NCBI RefSeq assembly: GCF_964355755.1
Contig: NC_092678.1
Span: 1 to 16,221 of the forward strand
DNA length: 16,221 nt
DNA from: Antedon mediterranea
Taxonomy: Eukaryota > Animalia > Echinodermata
Direction: 5' to 3'
Position numbers and translations under genes: made by a program. Under the pieces are notes generated by a model. It was not told where the DNA came from and searched no databases. It worked only from the letters and a program-made list of their open reading frames with translations. Positions 1 to 10,304 of this stretch are shown here, in pieces. The number at the start of each line of letters is the position of its first letter. The stretch's first letter is position 1.

Positions 1-345
1 AAATGCTTTGACTTCTTACCGAAGTAAAAAAAGATTTTAATTGATTTACTCATCATACAACATGCGACGAATGCACGACATGTTATGCCTCTTCATTTGA
101 TTGCGTGCCTGGATCAGCCTAATCATGATCTAGAGTAGAAGTTTATTATGTTAACAGATTGTGTGCTCAAAATAATCCATTAATCAACATAATTATGCAA
201 TTTTTTAATTGTTGTATTTTATATATGAAGATGATAATAAAATTGAAAGAAATTAAAGCGTAATCTTTATTCGTATTCATTGTTTAAGTGTGTAAATAAT
301 AACTAATGGTATCTTGAACTTTAAAGGCTGTTTTCTAATTGTTGA

Positions 346-385
346 TAATCTATTGAATTCGGAAGTAATCTATTGAATTTGGAAG
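346..385. repeat. 20-bp tandem duplication (TAATCTATTGAATTYGGAAG x2)
   Basis: 346-365 taatctattgaattcggaag and 366-385 taatctattgaatttggaag, 1 mismatch; read directly. Confidence 0.9.
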
Positions 386-467
386 TGCTTTGTTGAAATC
401 GGGTCATATCTTAATTGCCTTGAAAGAAATTATAAAGCAAGTTAAATATTTTTTTGGAAAGTTTTAA

Positions 468-503
468 AGAATACAGAATACATACAGAATACAGAAATTT
501 ATT
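468..503 (-). mobile_element. possible 3' tail remnant of a non-LTR retroelement (AATAAA followed by short (TTCTGTA)n-like repeats)
   Basis: Minus strand reads AATAAA-tttctgtattctgtatgtattctgtattct. A poly(A) signal followed directly by a short tandem tail is typical of LINE/SINE 3' ends. No RT coding sequence is visible. Confidence 0.35.
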
Positions 504-948
504 GGTACAAAAGGAAATTCGTTTCGTTGTTAACAAGCTCTCAAACAATTAATTGAAAATATATAAAAAGTCATGAATACAAAAATACAAGATCTTATAA
601 AAATACGAATAAACATCAAAAAGACAAGGATATAAAAAATATATATCGTAACATATAAGATGTATAAAAAAAATATATATATATATTAACAGTATTATAT
701 ACAGATATTATATAGATTAATGGAGATTAATATTATTATAATAATACATTTTTTTTTTTTAAATTGCAACTCCTTTTGTAGGTGACACGACCCATATGTA
801 CTTGAGTTTACAAACGTCGTAATTATTCAATTGATTGCTGCAATTTATTAAACATCTGAATGTAGCTTTAATTTGTAAGTGGTGTCATCATGCCAATGTC
901 AATAATGCAATTTTAAACATTTGGACGCACATAATATTATATACTCGT

Positions 949-1821
949 TTATGCCATCGACGAAGGCGACCACTTCTTCTTTCCTCCTAGATACATCAAA
1001 AACACTGTATCGTTCACGTTGTTTCTATCGAGATGTTTATAGTTGCGCATCACCGCTTCCAGTTCCTCGACTCGTTCGCTACGAATTGTAAGCAGAATGC
1101 CGATAACGTGAGAAATAATCCAAGCTACGATGGTCGTCCACCACCAGCCGGTGAACGGTAACAGAAAGATGAACGCGTGCAAAGGAGCCACGTGAAAGAG
1201 AATTCCGGCAACGCCAACGCAAATTCGATGTTCGATCGAAATGTTTGGTGTCACAGCGGCGGGTACTACTATCGAACAGAAAACCACGATAATTCTCACG
1301 GCCAGCTTAACTCTATGCAATCTTGATCGTGCGACGACGTACGAAGATGACGTCCATTCAAGGTAGATAGAGGCGAGCTGACACGTTAAAACTCTTCGCC
1401 AGTAAACTTCACGCTCGACTACGTTGCGAACAAAAACTTGTCCGGACAATCTGCCCGTGTATCCTAATTGTCGAACGTAAAACGCGTAGAAATTATTTCC
1501 TCGTGTACCATCATCACCACCACCACCGCCACCACTACTACCCATAATACGGTCGTAATGATGTTTTAGGTCACAGGCTATAACATCAGCCATTCGTCTG
1601 GCTCCAAACAACCATTCCAAGACGATTAACGGCAAGAACGAGAGAGAAAACAACAGCGTTCCAACGACGCGCAACGTCACCATCAGACCGTCTGAACCGC
1701 TTCGTTGCTGACCGACCGAGTAGCGTTTGTGACAGCCGTACAACTGGTACCGTTCGACCGCGAACGTTTCGTACAACAACAGAACGAATGCAGCAGACGC
1801 GATCAACGATACGCTGCCTCG
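949..1821 (-). CDS. multi-pass membrane protein of unknown function (probably the 3' part of a longer, disrupted gene)
   Basis: Open frame of ~290 codons with several hydrophobic segments (IASAAFVLLLY, VVGTLLFSLSFLPLIVL, IIVVFCSIVVPAAV, ICVGVAGILFHVAPLHAFIFLLPF, WWWTTIVAWIISHVIGILLTI). The ORF-track start at 1806 is TTG, not ATG. An in-frame TGA lies at 1824-1822. Minus-strand AATAAA at 849-844 downstream. Confidence 0.65.
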   Translation of the reverse strand, partial: RGSVSLIASAAFVLLLYETFAVERYQLYGCHKRYSVGQQRSGSDGLMVTLRVVGTLLFSLSFLPLIVLEWLFGARRMADVIACDLKHHYDRIMGSSGGGGGGDDGTRGNNFYAFYVRQLGYTGRLSGQVFVRNVVEREVYWRRVLTCQLASIYLEWTSSSYVVARSRLHRVKLAVRIIVVFCSIVVPAAVTPNISIEHRICVGVAGILFHVAPLHAFIFLLPFTGWWWTTIVAWIISHVIGILLTIRSERVEELEAVMRNYKHLDRNNVNDTVFLMYLGGKKKWSPSSMA

Positions 1822-1898
1822 TCAAGCATACTTTGACCGTATCACCCATACAGTGGACGCAGAAGTTATGCGTTGAATTGTACGTAGTCGGATAAGAT

Positions 1899-2389
1899 TC
1901 ATATTGATCTAAACATCAAGTCTCCGTCTCTGTTATTTAATACTTTTTCCTCCACCGTGCCGTTGCTCGTAGCGTACGCAAACCTGTTGTTAACCGTTCT
2001 GAAGAGAGGAGATATGGGATACCTCGACAAAAGTGGTGGCTTTTTTGTTAACACTAGTGAACCGTATACAAACCTTCCATCATCGTCGTAACACCGTACG
2101 TACACGTACTCTCCGACCACGCCACACAAACTACACTCGCCTTGGACGCTGCTGCACACAACCGATGCCAATATAGAAAAAGTGTCGGTGACGTGCATGC
2201 TGCACGAAAGATTCGCGTTCGTGAGAGTGGCACTTAAACAGTCTCCGCTCAACTGTAATGTGTCGGTGGTTCGAGATTTTCCAAAATGACGTGTTTTCGG
2301 TAGCAGATCGGGCGTGTAAGCACAGAGTATGACGAGGAAGTGACGGACGAGATTGCTACAAACGATGAAGAGAAAACTAAGGAAACCAT
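1899..2389 (-). pseudogene. Cys-rich putative glycoprotein ectodomain fragment (start unclear)
   Basis: The frame of ORF 1899..2468 encodes a hydrophobic stretch, then a Cys-rich region with N-glycosylation sequons (NLS, NGT). The track start is TTG, and the nearest ATG (2389-2387) is in another frame, suggesting a frameshift or splicing. Confidence 0.4.
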
Positions 2390-2392
2390 AAC

Positions 2393-2426
2393 GTGTGTGT
2401 GTGTGTGCGTCGTCGTCGTCGTCGTC
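2393..2426. repeat. (GT)n(CGT)n compound microsatellite in the short divergent intergenic region
   Basis: gtgtgtgtgtgtgtgcgtcgtcgtcgtcgtcgtc read directly. Confidence 0.85.
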
Positions 2427-2479
2427 AGAAGTCCTTAAATACGGCCGATTTTGTTTTATTCGCAACATCAGTGTTCATC

Positions 2480-4168
2480 ATGTCAGGGCAATTGCAACTA
2501 CGATTCTCGTTGTCTGCCGAAGAAGTAGCTCTAGAAGAGTATCTAAACGATAAACTTTCTTTCGAAAAACTTTCTGCTGACTATCTGAGATGGGTTATGA
2601 ACAAGGGAAAGAATTGGAAGTCGCCGTTGGATCCTCGAACATTGAATTGTACCGATGAAATGGTCATGGATTCCACTCTGTTTCCCGGATTCGAAAAGAT
2701 CGAATGGAACGAGAGTAAGATACGTGACTTTGATACGTTTTTCGAAAACTTGAAAAAAACGCCACTCTTTGTGAAAATTCTCTACTCGATGCTAGAGTGT
2801 GCCGCCAAGAAACACGAGTCTTTTGACGACAGTGGCAAAAGAGTGCTCGAATCGGTCGAGAAATGGGACTGCGGACAAAAATTTGACGTTCTCTCAATCA
2901 AGTCGATACGTCTCGAAGCCGTCGAAAAGGAGCAATTGCGCTCGAAATTTAACATCATGTTTGTTGATCGTGACGGCAACGAGAGCAAAACGATGAGCAC
3001 CGGATCGCTCGCCATTACCGAATCTGGTCTGAGTGAACTGGGCAATTATCTCACGGCCGAACTGCTACAGAAGAAGATACAAGTCAACAAAGACAAACAG
3101 TTGAGAGAGGAGCAACTCGGCACCACCGACCTAAACAACGCAGCGTACGTGCTAACCGTGAACGGACATCAAAATCCGTTGAACGGATGTGTGCGATTCT
3201 GTAAACTGAACATTATACTCATGATGGTACAGTTGAAATATTGTTTCGAGGCGCATGTGAACTGCAAGTCACACGCCTCCTACAAAGATTGTCACAGCGT
3301 CGACAAAGTGGACGCGAAACGATGCATCACCAGCATCATGAAGAAATTCAGGGGTCAACATGGATCGAAAGATGTGGCTAACAATGCAGGCGTGTATCAA
3401 AAAGTCAAGATGCCCTTTGATGGATCTCCAAAGAATCCATACGTGAAGATGAAGACGAACGTAAGCTATAGACAAGCACGCGATTGCACGCGACAAGAGC
3501 TCGAAGACAACAATCCATCGTTAAAGTTCGTTTCCGACATGTCCAAGAAACTGTTTCTCGACAACGCCACAAACCGAAGATACAAGAACCTAAACGTGGC
3601 CAGATTCGTACCCGGTAAACAACTTCAGCCGATGAGTTCCGAACAGCGCTTGGCCATCGGTACTGGTGATCTGGCGCGTGCCGATCTGAGTATCGTATGC
3701 TATTCGGACAAAAATGCATCGCCTGCTAATCGATTTCTTACTCTCATCAACCTCGAGAAAGGAGTTGACATTACGCCAAGATATCTGTTTGGAAGCAAGA
3801 TATCGCAAAACGACACGGCGTACCAAGAGTTTTATGCGCGTCAGAACGAAGACTGTCCCGAAACTATATTGGCCGTCGTAAAGGGCATAATCGGACGAGA
3901 AGCCGTTTCTGAAGAGCAGGCGTGTGAAATGTCCGGCTACACACTGGAAGAGTATCATAGTGCGATCGAAGTAACTGAAACTCGTCGTCGTGATGCCATC
4001 AAGTTAGAAAAGGATGAGGATGAGGATGAGGAGGAGGAGGAAGAGGAGGAGAAAAAAAAAGATAAGGAAGCGGAAGATGCTGCTGCTTCTGCTGTTGTTC
4101 CTAATGAACCAAAAAAGAGAAAGAAAAGCATTCACAACGTAGACAGTAAACGTCAGAAGAAATGTTAA
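2480..4168 (+). CDS. hypothetical ~562-aa protein, probably nuclear (acidic C-terminal tract, basic NLS-like PKKRKK), virus-like orphan
   Basis: Uninterrupted intronless ORF. First ATG at 2480 (MSGQLQLRF); the track's GTG start at 2393 just translates the microsatellite. C-terminus has DEDEDEEEEEEEEKKK...PKKRKKS...KRQKKC. Cys/His cluster CFEAHVNCKSH...DCH. AATAAA at 4242-4247. No family recognised. Confidence 0.85.
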   Translation: MSGQLQLRFSLSAEEVALEEYLNDKLSFEKLSADYLRWVMNKGKNWKSPLDPRTLNCTDEMVMDSTLFPGFEKIEWNESKIRDFDTFFENLKKTPLFVKILYSMLECAAKKHESFDDSGKRVLESVEKWDCGQKFDVLSIKSIRLEAVEKEQLRSKFNIMFVDRDGNESKTMSTGSLAITESGLSELGNYLTAELLQKKIQVNKDKQLREEQLGTTDLNNAAYVLTVNGHQNPLNGCVRFCKLNIILMMVQLKYCFEAHVNCKSHASYKDCHSVDKVDAKRCITSIMKKFRGQHGSKDVANNAGVYQKVKMPFDGSPKNPYVKMKTNVSYRQARDCTRQELEDNNPSLKFVSDMSKKLFLDNATNRRYKNLNVARFVPGKQLQPMSSEQRLAIGTGDLARADLSIVCYSDKNASPANRFLTLINLEKGVDITPRYLFGSKISQNDTAYQEFYARQNEDCPETILAVVKGIIGREAVSEEQACEMSGYTLEEYHSAIEVTETRRRDAIKLEKDEDEDEEEEEEEEKKKDKEAEDAAASAVVPNEPKKRKKSIHNVDSKRQKKC

Positions 4169-4380
4169 GCTTACCACCAACAAAAAAAAAAGAAACCATT
4201 TAGAATAAGAAAATGTTTACAAATAAGGTTCTTGGAAATGAAATAAAGTTACACTACAATCATTTCTTTCGTCGTCGTTGTTTATGTGACTGAAATTAAG
4301 ACACACACAAAAAAAAACTGTTTCTTCTTTTCTCTCTTTTATTTCTATAATACTAATGATTAAAATACATATTTTTTTTT

Positions 4381-5050
4381 TTACACGATGGCAGTTTCTG
4401 CCAACACATCATCGTAAGAAGGCGGAGCCGTCGATGTAAGTTCGATAGACTGTGGTTCACTTAAATCATTAGAAATATTTTTACATAGACGGACGGCTGA
4501 CAGTACAGACGATGTATTGTACACGACTATCAAAATGAGCAGTGTACAGAAAATTACGTAACCTTCTGTGGAAAGTTCAGTGAACGTGTTTCGGTGCCTA
4601 TGTAAAACCAGAGAAAAAAAGCAGAGTATTGGAAACATCAAATTAAAGAGTAAAGTAAGTACTGTATGTATGCAGACGGTCACTTGATATTGTGTCTTTC
4701 TCGGCCTCTCACGTTTCCAATACACTTCCATCAAGTGTAGCAGTCGAAGCGTAGCCTTGTTACCTTGAGATGTTAAAAATAGTATACTCATCGAATAATC
4801 CTTTTTCATACCGACTGATATGAATAATGAAAAAATGGCCGTAAAATAAAAGTGTAATTGACCTATTCTTCGTCTAGAGCCGAACATAAAAGTCTCCACA
4901 AACATAAAGGAAAACATTCCTGTTGCAATAGCAAATGTAACGTATACTTCTTGTTCACTACTCGTCAATTGATCGTACATCACACCCGATTTCATGCTCA
5001 ATGCAACAGCGGTCAATGGCAACGTTAAGCTTACGCACATCTGAATGCAC
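4381..5050 (-). CDS. exon 2 of a ~273-aa multi-pass membrane protein with C-terminal PPSY (PPxY) motif
   Basis: 219-aa ORF with about 5-6 hydrophobic helices. It is preceded by the acceptor tctcgtctattttAG|G at 5051/5050, which continues G-TGC-ATT-CAG-ATG in frame. Tail TAPPSYDDVL. Minus-strand AATAAA at 4343-4338. Confidence 0.8.
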
Positions 5051-5230
5051 CTAAAATAGACGAGAATTATACACGTTAGTCGATCACTATAATAATAAAA
5101 AAAATGTGGCAGCAGTTTTTGTCCAAAGTTTTACTGTAAATTCAATTTTGTATATTATGCCCCTCTTATGTAATAAACTGTTATAAAGCATGCTTTTTAT
5201 GGCGAAATGCTTTATTTTAAAGAACCAATA

Positions 5231-5248
5231 GTTGCAACGGTGGTTTCG
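5231..5248 (+). repeat. left terminal inverted repeat candidate
   Basis: GTTGCAACGGTGGTTTCG versus reverse complement of 12014-12031 GTTTCTACGGTGGTTTCG (16/18). Perfect 12-bp core ACGGTGGTTTCG at 5237-5248. Confidence 0.7.
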
Positions 5249-5971
5249 AATAATAGTAACTATGTACATAAAGTGTGTTTTCAACGCGCTTTTATTTTTT
5301 ACGCTAACCAAAGCCTTTGTTGTTAAGGTTTTGCACGCTTGACTGAACGCGAGAGCCTAGCGAACATCGCAGAGATAGCGATAATTACTAAGCTAGTAAA
5401 TTAAACGTTACAATCATAATATAAAATATTAACAACAAATAATAATATTTACAAGTAAATATATTAGTTTTACAACAAGCAATGAAGTAATACTTCAAAT
5501 TATGCAATATTAATTCAGTTATTAGTAAAAATAGTACGACTGTTTTAACGACCGCCGTACTCGATAGAATTGTAAATAAATAGCGCCCTCAATAAAAAGC
5601 GCAAAGTACAGTAGTAGTCACTTCACCGAAAAACTGACTGTTCAACGATCATTTTCAATATTTATTCTTTCACCGTTTAAGTTTTCGTTTTGACGTAAAA
5701 ACTGGTTAGAGGCTCTACACACCTGGTAAATAAGACTACTTTTTTTTAAACTCTAATGACAATTGATGTGGGTATTTTGGCATATTAAGTTGCCTAGCCA
5801 GAAGAGAGAGAGAGAAACACTGAACTAGGCCTATACCTGTACTGTTCATAAAACTTTATTTACATTATCATTTTACTGTATTTCATTGTATTATTTGTGT
5901 TGTGTAAATAAATTGCTGATTACAAAAATTACATAATTAATTAGGCCTAGGGCCTACAAATAATACTAATT

Positions 5972-8900
5972 ATGGATTTCCATTCTGAATCTTTATTAAA
6001 TATTTGTAGAATTTGTGGAATAAAATTCAAAATTTCTGACTGAAAATATGAACTTAAAAGCATCAAAACACAAACTTTAAATTTTCTAAACATTAAAATT
6101 GTTGAAGAAGATAAAAATGTTCATCCATCATATGTTTGTCATACTTGTCAATCAGCTGCATACAAACAAACGACATTAATTACACCTTACATCTGGAGAC
6201 AACATGATGATTTACAGTGCACAGCTTGTTATCTTTATGAAAATCAACAGAAACAAGGTCACAGGATAAAATTCAATAAAACAACTTTCATGCAAGATTT
6301 AAAATTCAATTCATTAACTGAGCAATTCACCCTTTATGACCAATCAGCACTGTCTTTGTTTCAATGTTCTATTTGTAAACATATTCTGTCGCTTGATAAT
6401 GCAGAAACTCAGTGTTCCCACCATTTTTGTATGTACTGTCTCTGTCAATTGTTCTGTACTCTTCGACTACATACATTCCCCATGTTTTGCCTGTGCGTCA
6501 CCGATAACATTTGAACGTGACATGAAAAAACCATCATTACTGGTACAACAATCTTTGCAAACGGTTGAATTGCAATGTCGGTTGTGTGGGAAATGTCTGA
6601 AGTATAACAAGTGCAGTCAGCATAAATGCACAACAGAGGCTGAGCAACGGTATAATGCTGTAACCAATGCAATTAAGACCATAAACAAGGAAATTGTTGG
6701 CGATAAGATACCCGAACCTGTCCAGCAATTTGCAAGGAAGTTGGTATCCAAATCACTAAAAAAAAAAAAAAAAAATGAGTTACCAACAAATGGAAGGGTG
6801 AGTTATTTTTTTTTAGAAAGCCAACATTTTTCACAAAACCACTGTACCAAAGTACAGAGATTTTATTGAATAATGGGCAAATCAAATGAACCTAAAAATT
6901 ATATATAATAGTATATATATTTTAGACATATTTTTAAAAACTGACCATCAATGCAGGGTGTTTTGTTACCGAATTTATTGGAATAAACTACCCTACCACA
7001 CAATATTGTATTAAAACACATTCCCTGAACATGAATAAATAAGGTATTAAACTTTGACAATAAATCTTGTAAATATAAAACATATAAGAATGTTTTACTT
7101 ACAGCCAATGACAATTACTACTATGACAAAAAGCTACAAAATCCAGCAGTTGTGTTGGCAAAAGAACCCTCAGTTGACGCACCCATGAATTATCAACCAT
7201 ACGAAATTCAATATCGCATGATTCAGCTCAACTTCAATTTAATCATGAAATGCAATCTAACTTGCCACCAATTGGTATCATTGATGATGTTGACAGGTCA
7301 CTGGCCATCAAAGCTGACTGCAATCTTACTTGGCAACAAATTCTGAAACTAAGAAGGCAAGTATGAAAATTAAGAAAATAGTGGTGCATAAAATAATATA
7401 TCAACATTTTAATTAGCTGTATTTTAAAATGTCATTTTACAATTGTTATTCTAAATTCTATTCAAGATATGTGAAACCAGGTGTTATAGCATCAGAAGGC
7501 AAAATGCGAGATCCCCAATTGGATATTGTAGATGGATACTTACATGGTTCCATGGATGAATTCATCTTAAAAAGCGATGCAGCAAATGCTGAGAATGCAT
7601 TTGTAATATTTTCTGGCCCCTGTTTTGCCAGTGATTAATATTGAGAGGTTGATGTTTTCCTACTTGGACCACCATCATGAGTAAATAACATGCTTATTTT
7701 ACATTTTGTAACTCCAAATTTATGCAAACAATAAAATACAATATTGTATATTTCACTTACAGATTAAACAATCTAAAGTTCTACAACAAAGAAGTATGGA
7801 TCAAATTTTGGAGGTGACAAAGGAGGTGGCAGTAGGAAATTTGAACTGCAAATTTGCAGTCTAGAGAAACCAAATGCCCTTCGCAACATTATTGTTATTC
7901 TAATGTTTGAGTCAGCAGATTATACCATCAACATCAGCAGGGTATTTCCGGATGTATGCGAAGAAACTGAATGGAGGTATGTCTTCAACATTAAAATCAT
8001 TTTAATTTTTAAAAAACAATCTTTTTTTGTGTGCTGTATTAATTTTATTTTTTTTTTTCCTTTAAGGGGCCACAAAATTCGTCTCTTTTTCTTTGGAGAC
8101 TAGGAGTTTTTGTCAGGGATGTATGGCCTCAATGGACCAAATGGTAAGACACAGTATCTTATTTAATATGCATTTAATGTGAATTATAATTTATTGTATA
8201 CAAACCTTAATTGTTATTTCAAATCTTTCATTAGGAAGGTACTGCAGTCTCTTTTGCCATCATACCAAACATCAGATATGCAGAGGTGATGTTCCAAAAG
8301 ACCACAGGTCTATTATAAAGACATTGAATGAAGACTATCAATTATTTGAAGATCATGGAATGGTAAACTCCAAGGAGGTATACAGGAGTGTAATCAGAAA
8401 AACAATGGTGCCTATTGACATCAACCATGTAGGAAATATCGCACTTATCAATTGTGTGACTTACCATATGACCCCCGGTAGAAGTGCATCATTTGTCCAA
8501 TGTGCATCCTTTAGGTGACCATGACACACATTATGGAGAATGATAAAATGAAACACCATTGTTCATTGATGTCTACTATCATCCTTTCTACTACAACACC
8601 ATGATGATGCTGCTCACCAATTTGTATCATAATACAGTCAGACACTTGTACAAATACTGAAATAATAAAGTAATAGTATTAATATAAAATCTTGAGGTTA
8701 CATTTGAAAATGTGTTATTATTGCAGGTATCTGTACCAAGCCTCCATATTTCTTTAGGAGTGTTTAAGAAATTATATGACCTGTTAGAAAATGAAATGCA
8801 CACATTGGATTCAGAGATCTTCAGGTTAAGGCAAAAAAAATTCCGATGGAGGTGTCAATAATTTCGACAAAATTACTGTAGAGCAGGCTGCAACAAATTC

Positions 8901-10058
8901 AGCATTGATGAAGCACATCTCAGATATGCAAGCACAAATTTCCCACCTAGAAGATGAAATTCCGCTTGTATTTTTAAACTGCAAATCAGAAGCATCCGCA
9001 TCTGATTCTGTAAAGACACAAATTATGAGTATTGCTGAAAAGCAACAAGAAATCAAAGACATGGCATGTTAAGTACGAATAGTATTACACATACATATAC
9101 TGTATTCTGAATGCATAATTAATTATTCAAAAGTAGTTTACACAGATTATGTATTTTTTTTAGGAAACAAAATTGAACAAAGGTTTGAAATAGGGCACTG
9201 GGCCAATTGTTTGTGCAATGGAGGAAGTTCTCCAAACAAAACAAGGTTCCTAGTCAAGCCTATCATGGGAAGGCCTTTGTAGGCAATCATGTACACAAGT
9301 GTTGCCAGGTGATTATAAAAATAAACAATACACCATCTACTTAAGATAGTATACAGTTTAAATTTAATGACAATACTATTATTAAAAAACTAAGTGTTGT
9401 ATGTTGCAATGTTTCAATATTTACCCAATTGACAATATTGTTCACAGGTTGATATTATTCACCAGCTAACATCTGCATCAAACCAGGTTCTAGAGGAACA
9501 AAGCTCAGATATCCCAATTGGATTTCTTGAAAAATTGCAATCACAATTGATTTATACACCTATCTTCCACCAATTTTCAGACATACACAAGGCAATCAAC
9601 CATACCAATGCAATGACTGAGAATGAAATTGATATTGTTGGTAAGAAAAAAAAAAAAAAATCTGAATTGAGTTTCTATCACTCAGCTGCTTATTAAAGAA
9701 TTAATTAAATTTATATATTAATTTACTTACAGCTTCAAATATATCAGACTTCATGTCCAACTGCAGAAAATTGGAGATCAACATATCTCCAAAATTGCAC
9801 ATGCTCGAATTTCATGTTGTGGAATTTTTAAAGTGATGGCATGTTGGAATCAGCTTGTTAAATGAGCAGGTGGGTGAACTTATTCACTGGTCATTTAACC
9901 AAAAAAAAAAAAGAAGTCTGTATGGTGTAAAGTCAGTTCTGGCAAAAACAATGTCAGTGATGAAGAATCACTTAATCTTCACACAACCTGAAGTACAAGC
10001 AAAAATAAAACATGCTGTGAAAAGGAAGCACAGTATGCATTTTAAATACCATCAGTAA
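5972..10058 (+). pseudogene. Chapaev-type DDE transposase with RAG1-like N-terminus (Chapa Zn finger, C3HC4 RING, Zn finger), ~10 coding exons, disabled
   Basis: Manual splicing and translation give exons ~5972-6797, 7105-7356, 7467-7680, 7763-7976, 8067-8143, 8235-8428, 8727-9063, 9164-9308, 9448-9640, 9733-10058. Motifs: H-x7-CRICG...D..HP...CxxC...W..H...CxxC; RING CSIC...CSHHFCMYC...PCFAC; CRLC...HKC; GRP; LAIKAD..W; GGDKGGGS (D at 7816); LFFFGD*EFL..YGL.G..G.YC..C (D at 8098); PSLHISLG; QAYHGKAFVGNH; ISPKLHMLEFHV; EQVGELIH (E at 9876). In-frame stops at 6041, 7175, 8101, 9191, 9834 plus several frameshifts. Confidence 0.88.
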
Positions 10059-10116
10059 ACCTTTGATGATTTTGTAGAAATAATAGTATTATCAACATAT
10101 TTGTTTTTGTTTGCAG

Positions 10117-10266
10117 ATGCAGAACAGTAGATGGTTGAAGTGCTGCTATGTCAACAAACTGTTGCAATATTGGAAATATCTGTATAAACAAAATTTAGTT
10201 AGGTGTGCTTGCATACATTTATGCAGAGCAGTAGATGATTGAAGTGCTGCTATGTCAACTAACTGT
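10117..10266. repeat. 46-bp direct repeat pair
   Basis: 10117-10162 atgcagaacagtagatggttgaagtgctgctatgtcaacaaactgt versus 10221-10266, 3 mismatches. Confidence 0.9.
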
Positions 10267-10304
10267 AGACAACATCCTACATTTCTTTTTTCTTCACTTA
10301 ATTA

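Noticed and set aside
2393-2479. N-terminal extension MCVCVRRRRRR of the 591-aa ORF
   Set aside because: It is a GTG start inside the (GT)n(CGT)n microsatellite; ATG 2480 is the plausible start.
2664-3958. Short ORFs overlapping 2480-4168 (likewise those inside 13785-15116 and 15267-16148)
   Set aside because: Antisense or alternate-frame shadows of long ORFs with no recognisable motifs.
5087-5311. 74-aa minus-strand ORF
   Set aside because: AT-rich, non-ATG start, crosses the transposon boundary and lies within the predicted intron.
5972-10058. True RAG1 / ProtoRAG (RAG1L) or Transib
   Set aside because: Core motifs are GGDKGGGS and FGD(Y)EFL rather than RAG1's DGMGD and GYDEK, and the termini lack RSS-like CACAGTG/CACTATG heptamers. 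It fits a Chapaev-type element.
6290-10058. Treating ORF-track fragments (6290, 6336, 7429, 7903, 8324, 9855) as separate small genes
   Set aside because: They are exon pieces of one spliced, frameshifted transposase; the minus-strand ORFs here are shadows.
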